From the NCBI GenBank assembly GCA_964505185.1, contig CAZDGM010000004.1:2054-66053 (forward strand): a DNA stretch of 64,000 nucleotides, written 5' to 3'. The notes below the pieces were generated by a model. It had not been told where the DNA came from, made no database searches, and saw nothing but the letters and a program-made list of their open reading frames with translations. Numbering within the stretch: the stretch's first letter is position 1; the number at the start of each line of letters is the position of its first letter. A program made the position numbers and the translations under genes. Positions 50,803-59,593 of the stretch are shown here, piece after piece. This stretch comes from an uncultured Thermodesulfobacteriota bacterium. Lineage in GTDB: Bacteria; Desulfobacterota; JBBIRW01.

Positions 50803-51528
50803 CTACTCCTTTGAATGTAAAAGCGATATGAATATATCCTCAACTGTTATATCCCTGGACATCTTTAATTCCTCGGGCGATCCACAAACATGAATCATCC
50901 CATCATACATTATGCCAATCCTGTGACATTGCTCAGCCTCATCCATATGGTGGGTCGTAAGGAAAACTGTGGTTCCTTTATCAGATAAATCGTAAATGAT
51001 ATCCCATATCCTCCTTCTCTCCTCAGGATCCATGCCCGCTGTTGGTTCATCAAGAAAAACGAGCTCCGGTTTATGGATTATTGCACAGGCAAGGCCAAGG
51101 GATTGTCTTACACCCGAAGGCAATGTTGATGCCTTACTCTTCCTGTATCCTTTAATATCCAGGAGTTCCAAAAGATACTCAACCCTATCCATGAAACCTT
51201 CATAGCTCGAATAATACATACCCCAATAAAAATATAGATTCTCCTCAACATCCATATCCCTGTAAAATCCAAATCTCTGTGACATATACCCGCTTCTTTT
51301 CCTTATCTCTTCTGCCTCTCTTTCTATATCAAATCCTAATACAAGACCCTCCCCCGAGGTTGGTCTTAGCAGACCGCATAGCATCCTTACGGTTGTTGAT
51401 TTTCCCGCACCATTGGGACCAAGGAGGCCGAATATCTCTGCTCTTTTCACCTCGAGATCTATACCTTTTACAGCATAAAAATTTCCGAATTTCTTTGTGA
51501 TACCCTTTAGAGAGATTGCAAGATCCAT
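50803..51528 (-). CDS. ABC transporter ATP-binding protein
   Basis: Walker A GPNGAGKST, signature LPSGVRQSL, Walker B VFLDEPTAGMD. Confidence 0.9.
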   Translation of the reverse strand: MDLAISLKGITKKFGNFYAVKGIDLEVKRAEIFGLLGPNGAGKSTTVRMLCGLLRPTSGEGLVLGFDIEREAEEIRKRSGYMSQRFGFYRDMDVEENLYFYWGMYYSSYEGFMDRVEYLLELLDIKGYRKSKASTLPSGVRQSLGLACAIIHKPELVFLDEPTAGMDPEERRRIWDIIYDLSDKGTTVFLTTHHMDEAEQCHRIGIMYDGMIHVCGSPEELKMSRDITVEDIFISLLHSKE

Positions 51529-51534
51529 AATCCT

Positions 51535-52467
51535 TTATCTCTCGGATAAAGACTCTTCCTTTTTGAAGAAATTGAAAAGATCGCCAACAGAAAATTCACT
51601 ACTGGTTATTAGAAAATCATCATAACCTTCTCCTCTCACATATTCAGCTATCCTCTGACCATCATCTTTAGTTTCCACCCAGATATATATCCTATCACCG
51701 GAAAGCCTCACGCCTTTTACAAAATCAAGCGATTGAAGCTTTTGCCCGATCCTCCACGGTCTGCTGCATCTCATCGCAAAAAGTTTACCCGGCATCCTTG
51801 ATTTAAGATCAGAAAGAGATCCTGAAGCGATCAGCCTACCTCTGTGGAGAAAACCGATCCTGCTGAATCTCTCAGCCTCCTCCATATAGGATGTTGAGAT
51901 AATAAATGTTATCCCCTCCCTGTGTAGTTCGTTCAAAAAACCCCATATATCCATCCGGGAAACAGGATCAAGACCTGTTGTCGGCTCATCCAGTAGAAGC
52001 AACCTGGGTTTATGAATAACAGCGCAGGCAAGGGCAAGTTTCTGTCTCATTCCTCCTGAAAGGGAGCCTGAGTGATGGTGGCGAAAGGATTTAAGTTTTG
52101 TTATCTCAAGGAGAAAAGATATCCACTCCTCGTCTCCCTTTTCAGGAACGCCGTAGATAGATAAAAAGAATCTCAATAATTCACTAACTGTGAGATAATC
52201 ATACAGTGTTACACCCTGGGGAAGATAGCCTATATAGCGCTTTACTGACTCCCCATCCTCTATAATATTTTTCCCAAAAATTTTTACGGTTCCTTTTGTT
52301 GGTGATATTATACCCGCAATAATCCTTAAAAGCGTTGACTTCCCTGCCCCATCAGGACCTATTAAACCAAAAACCTCATCCTTCCTTATGTCTAAATTTA
52401 TTCCACACAGTGCTTCATACTCTCCAAAGCTCTTTGTTAGATTCGTAATTTCAACGATATTTAACAT
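51535..52467 (-). CDS. ABC transporter ATP-binding protein (second NBD, with a C-terminal extension)
   Basis: Walker A GPDGAGKST, signature LSGGMRQKL, Walker B LLLDEPTTGLD. Confidence 0.9.
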   Translation of the reverse strand: MLNIVEITNLTKSFGEYEALCGINLDIRKDEVFGLIGPDGAGKSTLLRIIAGIISPTKGTVKIFGKNIIEDGESVKRYIGYLPQGVTLYDYLTVSELLRFFLSIYGVPEKGDEEWISFLLEITKLKSFRHHHSGSLSGGMRQKLALACAVIHKPRLLLLDEPTTGLDPVSRMDIWGFLNELHREGITFIISTSYMEEAERFSRIGFLHRGRLIASGSLSDLKSRMPGKLFAMRCSRPWRIGQKLQSLDFVKGVRLSGDRIYIWVETKDDGQRIAEYVRGEGYDDFLITSSEFSVGDLFNFFKKEESLSER

Positions 52468-52484
52468 ATCCTGATATGAGATCT

Positions 52485-53474
52485 TTAGGGTTTGTATATG
52501 ATCACATCAGCAGGCATGCCTGGCTTAAGGAGCATCTCCTTATTTTCCACCAGGATCTTTACCGAAAAAACAAGATGAACCCTTTCCTTCCGTGTTTGAA
52601 TAAACTTGGGGGTAAATTCAGCCTTACTTCCAATTTCACCAACAACCCCATGAAAGATCCTTCCAGGGAATGAATCAACCGTGATGTCAACCTTAGCCCC
52701 GATCATCACCCTTCCAATCTCATCCTCAGGGATAAACACCCTTACCCATGCATTTTCAATATCACCAATTGTAGCTACTGGATAAAGGGGTGAGACCACC
52801 TCCCCTTCATCCATATTTTTAAGAAGAACAACACCCGATACAGGGCTTTTAAGTACCGCCTCATCGAGCTGCTTCTTCGCATATTTCAACGCTGCCTCAG
52901 CCTCTCTTACCCTTTCCCTTGCCTCTTCTATCTGGTATTTCCTTGAGCCCTCTTCAAGCAGTTTTAACTTCTCCTTTGCTTCCCTGACACGGGACTCAGC
53001 CTGATCAAGAAGTGTCTTTGCCTCATCCCTCTTCCTCTCAGGAATAACACCCTCCTCAAAAAGTGCCTTTGCCCTTTCAAATTCGTTCCTTGCAAACACA
53101 AAATCAGATTCTGCCCTCCGCAACTCTGCCTTTGCCATTTCGATTTCCTGGATCCTAAAGCCTTCAAGAAGATCCTTAAGGTATGCTTTTGCCCTCCTCA
53201 GGGCCGCCTCTGCCTCCTCCACCCTTGCCTTCAGCTCCTCATCATCAAGGGTGGCGAGGATCTGCCCTTTTTTAACCCTATCACCTTCCCTGAAGTTTAT
53301 CTTCTTTATCCTCCCCGAAATCTTAAATGCAACTTCAACCTGCTCTACCTCCACAGTCCCTGTTGCCCTTAATGTGCTACTGTTCTCTTTAACCCATGCT
53401 CTGTATGTCCTTATACCCAGGAGGAAAAAAACAGCAATGATCACAATGCCCGCATATATCCACTTTCGTCTCAA
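52485..53474 (-). CDS. HlyD-family membrane fusion / periplasmic adaptor protein
   Basis: N-terminal TM anchor, a long coiled coil, and beta-barrel/lipoyl domains. Confidence 0.85.
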   Translation of the reverse strand: MRRKWIYAGIVIIAVFFLLGIRTYRAWVKENSSTLRATGTVEVEQVEVAFKISGRIKKINFREGDRVKKGQILATLDDEELKARVEEAEAALRRAKAYLKDLLEGFRIQEIEMAKAELRRAESDFVFARNEFERAKALFEEGVIPERKRDEAKTLLDQAESRVREAKEKLKLLEEGSRKYQIEEARERVREAEAALKYAKKQLDEAVLKSPVSGVVLLKNMDEGEVVSPLYPVATIGDIENAWVRVFIPEDEIGRVMIGAKVDITVDSFPGRIFHGVVGEIGSKAEFTPKFIQTRKERVHLVFSVKILVENKEMLLKPGMPADVIIYKP

Positions 53475-53485
53475 AACCCCTCCCT

Positions 53486-54631
53486 TTAAACCTTAAATCT
53501 GAGAAGTGCACCTATTTGAATGGGTTTATCGTTGTAATAAAAATCATAATGGATCTCTCTTAGTTCACTCCCTGTGCTTATAGATAGATTTACTGCATCA
53601 TCGACAATATTCTCCCTCTCCTCCATCTCCTTTCTGCAGTAGGGGCATGCCTCTTGCCTCCACCAGATATAACCGCACTCCTTGCATATGGCACCCTTTT
53701 CCCTGTAGCCTTCACGCACGATGAGCATGCGAACAGCCCCCCTCTGTATAGCGAAGAGTGTATTATCAAGTCCAAAACAACCAAGTCCCTTTGATGAAAC
53801 CTCTTTAAAAATTTCATCCATAAGCTTTTTCTCTTCCGCCTTTCTTATCTCCTCCTCAACCGATCTTATGACCTCCTGCACCTGAGATACTGGTGTGTCG
53901 ATAACCATATCCAGTCTCGCTGCAATCCTACTCTTCAGGTTATTTGGAAGATGGAGCTCAAATTTGCTGATGAGTTTCTGATTCCCCCCAATGATCATAT
54001 ATTCAATATCCCGAATTTTGAAGAATTCAGAGACTGCATCACTAACCCTTTTAAGGTATCTCTGCAGGTGATCCTCTATATGCCTCTCAATCCGTCTTTC
54101 CGCAAGTCCATACCACCCCGCCATCTTTACCTTCGATGGAACATCGCTTAGCATGTGCGATTCTTCACTTAAAATACCCATGTAGTAGTGGAATATACGG
54201 GATGCATCCCTGTCAAGGATTACCATTCCAAATCTATGATACCCATCCATCAGAAACAGAAGTGGTTTAATAAAAGGCCTCGAATCAACAACCATCATAT
54301 TTCTTACAGGCACTGGAAGGTTAAATAATTCCCAGAGTCCAGCATTGCGAGATGAGAAAAAAACGAGACCTTTTGTTCCTTTTCTCTCAAATTTCTGTAT
54401 TACAAAATTAAGGGTATCCTGGAGCTCTTTTTCAATCATTAATCTCTTTTCCCTCTCAACCTCAAGCCTTTCCATCTCCTCCTTCTTTTCCTTTATCAAT
54501 CCTTTAAGCACAATTTCATACTCCTTTTTTGGATACAACTTCCCATCGACATTCAGATAAAGACTCACCACAGGGGAATCCTTTGTATCCATTGAGATAA
54601 GCTCTCTTACCTTCTGTAAAACATTAACCAT
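53486..54631 (-). CDS. bacterial eRF1/Pelota-like (baeRF-type) protein with a C-terminal Zn-ribbon insert
   Basis: N-terminus PVVSLYLNVDG is the signature start of bacterial aeRF1-like families. The central region has MIIGGNQK. A CKECGYIWWRQEACPYCRK Zn ribbon is inserted in the C-domain. It ends 11 nt before the HlyD start. Confidence 0.5.
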   Translation of the reverse strand: MVNVLQKVRELISMDTKDSPVVSLYLNVDGKLYPKKEYEIVLKGLIKEKKEEMERLEVEREKRLMIEKELQDTLNFVIQKFERKGTKGLVFFSSRNAGLWELFNLPVPVRNMMVVDSRPFIKPLLFLMDGYHRFGMVILDRDASRIFHYYMGILSEESHMLSDVPSKVKMAGWYGLAERRIERHIEDHLQRYLKRVSDAVSEFFKIRDIEYMIIGGNQKLISKFELHLPNNLKSRIAARLDMVIDTPVSQVQEVIRSVEEEIRKAEEKKLMDEIFKEVSSKGLGCFGLDNTLFAIQRGAVRMLIVREGYREKGAICKECGYIWWRQEACPYCRKEMEERENIVDDAVNLSISTGSELREIHYDFYYNDKPIQIGALLRFKV

Positions 54632-54640
54632 AAAAACCTC

Positions 54641-55369
54641 CTATTTAGCTTTACCGTGATATATTGAAAACATCTCTTTCATGCGGATGGCATCTTCAAA
54701 CATCGAGATATTATTAAACATGAAATATCCTTCCTTAAAATCCTCTGTCATCTCAATGAGCTCCCTCAGATCACTATCAGTGTATTTATATCTGTATCCA
54801 TCCCTTCCATGCAATCGCAGATAGAATATTGAGAAACCTCGAGGCATCGTTCTGAAAGGATCCATGCATGGGACTAAATCAAGTTCTCTGCATATACGGT
54901 AGATCTGCTCATTTTCCCAGCATCCCCTCGGTTCCCATACGCATATTATCCCCTTCCTCTCGATCTTTTTGAAAAATCCTTTTAAATTTCTTATGCTCTC
55001 ATCTGATGGTATAAATGAGGAAGGGGTTTGAAAAACAACAATCCGTGATAAAAGGACTTCAGCAATTTTTCTTACAGCCTCCCACGCTTCAAAAACCTCA
55101 TCAGTATTCTGAAAATTTCCATATCTCCCCTTCTTACCCTCATCAATCCTCCTCTTTAATCTCCTGTATGTTGGGCTTGTAGGGGAATGGGTAATGAGCT
55201 GCCAGGCCTTTATAGTAAATTCAAAACCCTCAGGAACATCTTTTCTCCATTTCTCAATAGTTGAAAGCCGAGGTGGATCATAGAAGATCTGCTGAACTTC
55301 AACAACATCAAAATACCTCATATACCTTTCCCTTGATACGGAAAAGCCACAACATCCAACCTTTATCAT
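54641..55369 (-). CDS. DUF72 (UPF0759) TIM-barrel family protein
   Basis: N-terminus IKVGCCGFSV...YFDVVEVQQIFYDPP matches the DUF72 ...vGtsGW...fY.p signature. Confidence 0.75.
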   Translation of the reverse strand: MIKVGCCGFSVSRERYMRYFDVVEVQQIFYDPPRLSTIEKWRKDVPEGFEFTIKAWQLITHSPTSPTYRRLKRRIDEGKKGRYGNFQNTDEVFEAWEAVRKIAEVLLSRIVVFQTPSSFIPSDESIRNLKGFFKKIERKGIICVWEPRGCWENEQIYRICRELDLVPCMDPFRTMPRGFSIFYLRLHGRDGYRYKYTDSDLRELIEMTEDFKEGYFMFNNISMFEDAIRMKEMFSIYHGKAK

Positions 55370-55815
55370 AAATCTTTATTCGTGGAAATGTCTTTTATAA
55401 TTGCAGATGCCTTAAGAACGATATCCCTTTCACTATTATAATTCATAACCTTGACAGCCTCCTCAATCGGAAACCACCTTACCTCCTCAACCTCAAAGTC
55501 GTGATCTTCAACACTTCCAGAAAGATATTCAAGGAGATAGAAATGGACAGTTTTATTGATTTTGCTTTTGCTCTGCCTGTCATAAAACCAGTAGTTTATC
55601 TCCCCTATCTTATCCACAATCCTTCCATCAAGTCCTGTTTCCTCCTTTACCTCCCTTATGGCTGTCTTTTCAAAATCCTCTGATTCCTCAACGATCCCCT
55701 TTGGTAAGCACCAGATCCTTCCATCACCCCTACGGATAAGGGCAATAAATACCCTCTCTCCTTCTCTCCTGTATATGACACCTCCGGATGAGACCTGCTT
55801 TATAATTCTCCCCAT
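55366..55815 (-). CDS. Nudix hydrolase
   Basis: Nudix box GIVEESEDFEKTAIREVKEETGL; ATGA overlap with the DUF72 gene. Confidence 0.85.
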   Translation of the reverse strand: MGRIIKQVSSGGVIYRREGERVFIALIRRGDGRIWCLPKGIVEESEDFEKTAIREVKEETGLDGRIVDKIGEINYWFYDRQSKSKINKTVHFYLLEYLSGSVEDHDFEVEEVRWFPIEEAVKVMNYNSERDIVLKASAIIKDISTNKDL

Positions 55816-56885
55816 AGCGAACTCCTGCCAAGCTCTTTTCCAGAACTACATATCTTTAATGAACCCAGTTGAAGAAATTTTACCCTTGCTGGAACCTTAA
55901 GTGGTGTAAGAATATGAAATACACCTCTTCTTATATCAAATTTTATCAATATTCCAAGGGCAATTGTATTTAAATGCCTGTCACTCAGACCTACAAGGAG
56001 ATTTTCGAAATCCTCAATATCGTAAATCTCCAATTCATTAACAGAAAAGACATCCTTTATTCTAAAAAGATTTTCCCTGCTATAACCTCCCCTCGTGATT
56101 ATGGACATCCTGTTTATCTTTCTTTCCGCATAGAGCGCAGATGTTTCGAGTTCCCTCGAAAGGAAGGAAATGTCACTGCTTGTAACCCTCTTCCCAATCC
56201 CAATTGTTGCACCTATTATGGATATACCCTCGATGGGAAACTCCAATTCTGATGCCATGGAAAAATATTCTCCAAACATCCTCTCCCTGTATGCCTTTCT
56301 TATCTCCCTTTCCCTCTGTTTCACTGCTCCAACTGGCTTTAATTCATAGATCTTTAAATGATCCATCTTCCTGAAAGGATCCAAAATAGGCTCAAGCTCT
56401 CCATCATCAATCACAACAATGTTTTCTGGTTTAATTATATCTATTTTGTAAAGCTTAAGCGTCCTTGCTGCCCTTCCATGGATAAGACCTGATGTGTCAA
56501 CAATAGTGTATTCACTGCCAAGATAAGCTGACCTCTCCATAAGTGCCTTCACACCAGCAATAATAGGAACAAAGAATCCAACAGGTGAGGTGGAACCTAT
56601 GAATCTTGTTCCCACACATCTGATTTCGCATATACCTTCCTGCTTCTTCCTTGCAAGTCCTAATGCTATTGTTGTGGGAAGACCGATTGACTGTTGACCG
56701 ACATCTGTATCGAGCAAACTTACACGCTCACCTCGCATTGTAAGTTCATCAACGATAAACCTCGAGAGTGTGCTCTTTCCTGAATCGGTTTTGCCGAGAA
56801 TTACCGTTGGGCCCCTTCTCTTTCTTATTTCAGAAACAAGATCAACCCATTCGGGCGGGATCAGGATTTTATCTCTCCTTTCCAT
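55800..56885 (-). CDS. Clp1/Grc3-family polynucleotide 5'-hydroxyl kinase
   Basis: P-loop ILGKTDSGKSTL and the family-specific clasp motif LLDTDVGQQSIG (D-x-D-x-GQ). Three-domain length of 361 aa, as in archaeal Clp1. Confidence 0.8.
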   Translation of the reverse strand: MERRDKILIPPEWVDLVSEIRKRRGPTVILGKTDSGKSTLSRFIVDELTMRGERVSLLDTDVGQQSIGLPTTIALGLARKKQEGICEIRCVGTRFIGSTSPVGFFVPIIAGVKALMERSAYLGSEYTIVDTSGLIHGRAARTLKLYKIDIIKPENIVVIDDGELEPILDPFRKMDHLKIYELKPVGAVKQREREIRKAYRERMFGEYFSMASELEFPIEGISIIGATIGIGKRVTSSDISFLSRELETSALYAERKINRMSIITRGGYSRENLFRIKDVFSVNELEIYDIEDFENLLVGLSDRHLNTIALGILIKFDIRRGVFHILTPLKVPARVKFLQLGSLKICSSGKELGRSSLWGEL

Positions 56886-56903
56886 TTTAACTCACCTGAA
56901 ATT

Positions 56904-58001
56904 TCAATAGGCATCGGAAAGCAGGTGGACATTTCCGATTCTGACCCTTTTTAATCCCTCTTCATGGGCAACTTCCCTACATTTTTCCGCATGGGATCTT
57001 GATGTCCTCGGCAGATCTGTAAGATAAAACTGGGGATAGAATCCAAGAAGGGAAAAGGGGATTTCAGGGTCAAGGGAAGAGATAAAGCGTGCTATCAATC
57101 TTACCTCCTTTTCATCCACATATCCCGGAACAAGCAGTGTGCTTGCAATAAGCAGAGGAGGCTCCCGTCTCCTTTTAATAAATGATGCTGCGAAACGGAA
57201 ATTCTCCAGGGTCTGATCATTATATGTATTGCACAGTGCAAGATGGAGATTTTTATCCCATGCCTTTAAGTCAAACTTCACACAACCTCCGCTATCAAGT
57301 GCAATATTCATAATCTCTTCGAGAAAATCCCTCCTCATGGAACCATTCGTCTCCCAGCAGATCCTCAATATCCTGCCCCTCTTTCTCTTCAATGCAATCC
57401 TTGATGCTTTTATAGAATGGATAATCTGTGATGAAGGATCCCCACCAAAATAGCACACGCAGCTTGTTCTCTCATCGATAGCATCAATCAGCTCCTCGGC
57501 AGATATACCTCTTCCTTTTATGTCCATCCTTCTGAAATGCCAGTTCTGACAGAAAAGGCAGTTGAATGTGCATGCGTGATAGAAAACAGCGAGATTTTTA
57601 TAACCTATCTCAGGCCCTTTTTTGTAACAGAACTCGGGATAACCCGAGCCTGTTCCCCCTGGACATACCCAGTCAGCAACACAGTTTGTCGGGAGCGGAT
57701 CATAATAGTAGCTAAGATAGCCTTCTCCTCCTCCCCTGAGATAACCATCTTCAAACCTCCTTATGCCGCAAAAACCTCTTTCACCTTCTGGGATAATACA
57801 TCTGTTGCCGCAGAAATCACATTCCTTACCACCACCCTTTGGGATCTCCTCCCTTAAACGAAATCTCCTTCTGCTTTCTCTATGCAGTTCGAAAATATCT
57901 TCTTTAATATCGAAAGAACCTTCCCTTATGCAATCCGCACAATATCCAAGAATCGATGAAATGGTCAATGAACGATTATTACAACTTTTACACCTGCCCA
58001 C
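56904..58001 (-). CDS. PFL-activating-enzyme-like radical SAM protein with N-terminal Zn ribbon (paralogue of the AmmeMemoRadiSam-type enzyme at 7136..8209)
   Basis: CKSCNN...CADC ribbon; CDFCGNRCIIPEGERGFCGIRR (same Cys cluster as CQCGVCPRRCVIPSGGKGFCRGRR at 7136..8209); radical-SAM motif ACTFNCLFCQNW. Confidence 0.75.
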   Translation of the reverse strand: MGRCKSCNNRSLTISSILGYCADCIREGSFDIKEDIFELHRESRRRFRLREEIPKGGGKECDFCGNRCIIPEGERGFCGIRRFEDGYLRGGGEGYLSYYYDPLPTNCVADWVCPGGTGSGYPEFCYKKGPEIGYKNLAVFYHACTFNCLFCQNWHFRRMDIKGRGISAEELIDAIDERTSCVCYFGGDPSSQIIHSIKASRIALKRKRGRILRICWETNGSMRRDFLEEIMNIALDSGGCVKFDLKAWDKNLHLALCNTYNDQTLENFRFAASFIKRRREPPLLIASTLLVPGYVDEKEVRLIARFISSLDPEIPFSLLGFYPQFYLTDLPRTSRSHAEKCREVAHEEGLKRVRIGNVHLLSDAY

Positions 58002-58009
58002 TTATCTCC

Positions 58010-59278
58010 CTAAAAAAGCCTCATCTGTCTGTCATCACTTATCGGGATATCTTTCCCATGCTCGCCCTCATCATCCCATGCAATGGATACCTTACCGTAA
58101 ATACCATCATACCCCGGAATTATCTTTACAAAACCCTGCCTCACCTTCATAACGCCGGAATATATTTTTTGTGGAAGGAGCTTTGAAAGCTCTTCAGGGG
58201 TAAGGTTCAGCAGTATATTAAATTCCGATCCGCATTGGGAGACTATTTTTCTGTACTCCTTCTCAACCCTTTCTGTTCCCACACCAACCCCCAATGCATC
58301 TGCAATGATCTCCTCAAGCGGAATCAGATGTTTTGCAGGAATTGCACCTTCTGGAACATACCCCTCAGGTCTGTCAGCAAGCTCCTCAACCCTGTGCATA
58401 ACACCTATGGTTAATGGAGATTTACATACAGGACACCTGTTATTATACTTTTTACTCTCAACAGGGGAGAAGGAAACTCCACAATTCCTATGACCATCGA
58501 AATGGTATTTACCTTCCTGAGGAAAGAACTCGATTGTAAAGAGAAACCTATCCCTTGATTTTGTTTTTAAGGATTCAACAATATCCCTGTATGTAAGAGG
58601 GCAATTGAAAACATTTGCCTCCCTTCCAATTCTCGATGGTGAATGGGCATCTGAATTAGAGATCAGGGTAATATTATCAAGTGCTGATAGACGCCAGTTC
58701 ATCTGTGGATCTGAGGAAAGACCTGTTTCAATGACCCTTATCAGATCTGCCTGATCCTCAAATGCCTCCTCTATGGAATCAAAACCGGAGAATGAACCGA
58801 AGAGGGAAAACCAGGGTGTCCAGACATGTGCAGGGATGATCATTGCATCAGGAGAAATATCGCAAACCATCTTTACCAGATCCTTTACAGGAAATCCGAA
58901 CACCGGTCTTCCATCCGATCCGATCTTACCCAGTCGTGAAAGCAATGAATTAAGTTTTCCAGCAGCTTCAAAGGATGGAAGGAAGATGATGCAGTGAATC
59001 TTTCTGAGCTTTCCACCACTTGAAAAAATGTTGCTAACTTCTCCTGTCAGCATGAATTTTACCGATTGATCACCCTTCTTTAATGAGAATAGCCCATTTC
59101 CCTCAGGCTTGAGCTTTCCCATCAATTCTGCGAAGTATGTTGGATGGGTAAAATCACCTGTTCCAAGAAGGTTTATCCCCTTCAGTTTTGCCCATTTTGC
59201 CATATTCTCTACATCCATATCCCTGCTCGTTGCCCTGCTATACTTCGAATGAACATGAAAATCTGCAATAATCCTCAT
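58010..59278 (-). CDS. endonuclease Q-like protein (PHP-fold nuclease, TIGR00375-type) with C-terminal Zn finger
   Basis: N-terminal IADFHVHSKYSRA...LLGTGDFTHP; internal GLSSD, SNSDAHSP, GKYHFDGHRNC; Zn finger CPVCKSPLT. These are the motifs I associate with archaeal EndoQ. Confidence 0.7.
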   Translation of the reverse strand: MRIIADFHVHSKYSRATSRDMDVENMAKWAKLKGINLLGTGDFTHPTYFAELMGKLKPEGNGLFSLKKGDQSVKFMLTGEVSNIFSSGGKLRKIHCIIFLPSFEAAGKLNSLLSRLGKIGSDGRPVFGFPVKDLVKMVCDISPDAMIIPAHVWTPWFSLFGSFSGFDSIEEAFEDQADLIRVIETGLSSDPQMNWRLSALDNITLISNSDAHSPSRIGREANVFNCPLTYRDIVESLKTKSRDRFLFTIEFFPQEGKYHFDGHRNCGVSFSPVESKKYNNRCPVCKSPLTIGVMHRVEELADRPEGYVPEGAIPAKHLIPLEEIIADALGVGVGTERVEKEYRKIVSQCGSEFNILLNLTPEELSKLLPQKIYSGVMKVRQGFVKIIPGYDGIYGKVSIAWDDEGEHGKDIPISDDRQMRLF

Positions 59279-59317
59279 GAAAACCTCCCTTTGAATATTG
59301 CACCTTCCGCTTTCTGG

Positions 59318-59572
59318 CTATTCAATAACCCTGTAGACGAGATCAGAAGGTCTTACCCTCTCACTGACCTTTATTCCCACAAGATCCCCCTCTGATGCCG
59401 TTTCAACATTCTGGTGTTCAATCTGCATGGACTCAACCTTCTGCACAAAGTCAGTGGTGCTCCCCTGAAAATGAAGGGAGTCCCCAACCTTTATAGAACC
59501 CTTTGTGATCTTTATTGCTGCAACCCCTATCTTTGCAAAATATTTAACAACCTCTCCAACCTTTTCTTCCAT
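59318..59572 (-). CDS. small EF-Tu domain-2-like beta-barrel protein (translation elongation factor-like protein family)
   Basis: 84 aa with a KVGD..H..G....F.Q.V.S.Q......E.A..GD.VGIKV pattern like EF-Tu domain II. Confidence 0.5.
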   Translation of the reverse strand: MEEKVGEVVKYFAKIGVAAIKITKGSIKVGDSLHFQGSTTDFVQKVESMQIEHQNVETASEGDLVGIKVSERVRPSDLVYRVIE

Positions 59573-59593
59573 AAAAACCTCCTGATTCAGGTT

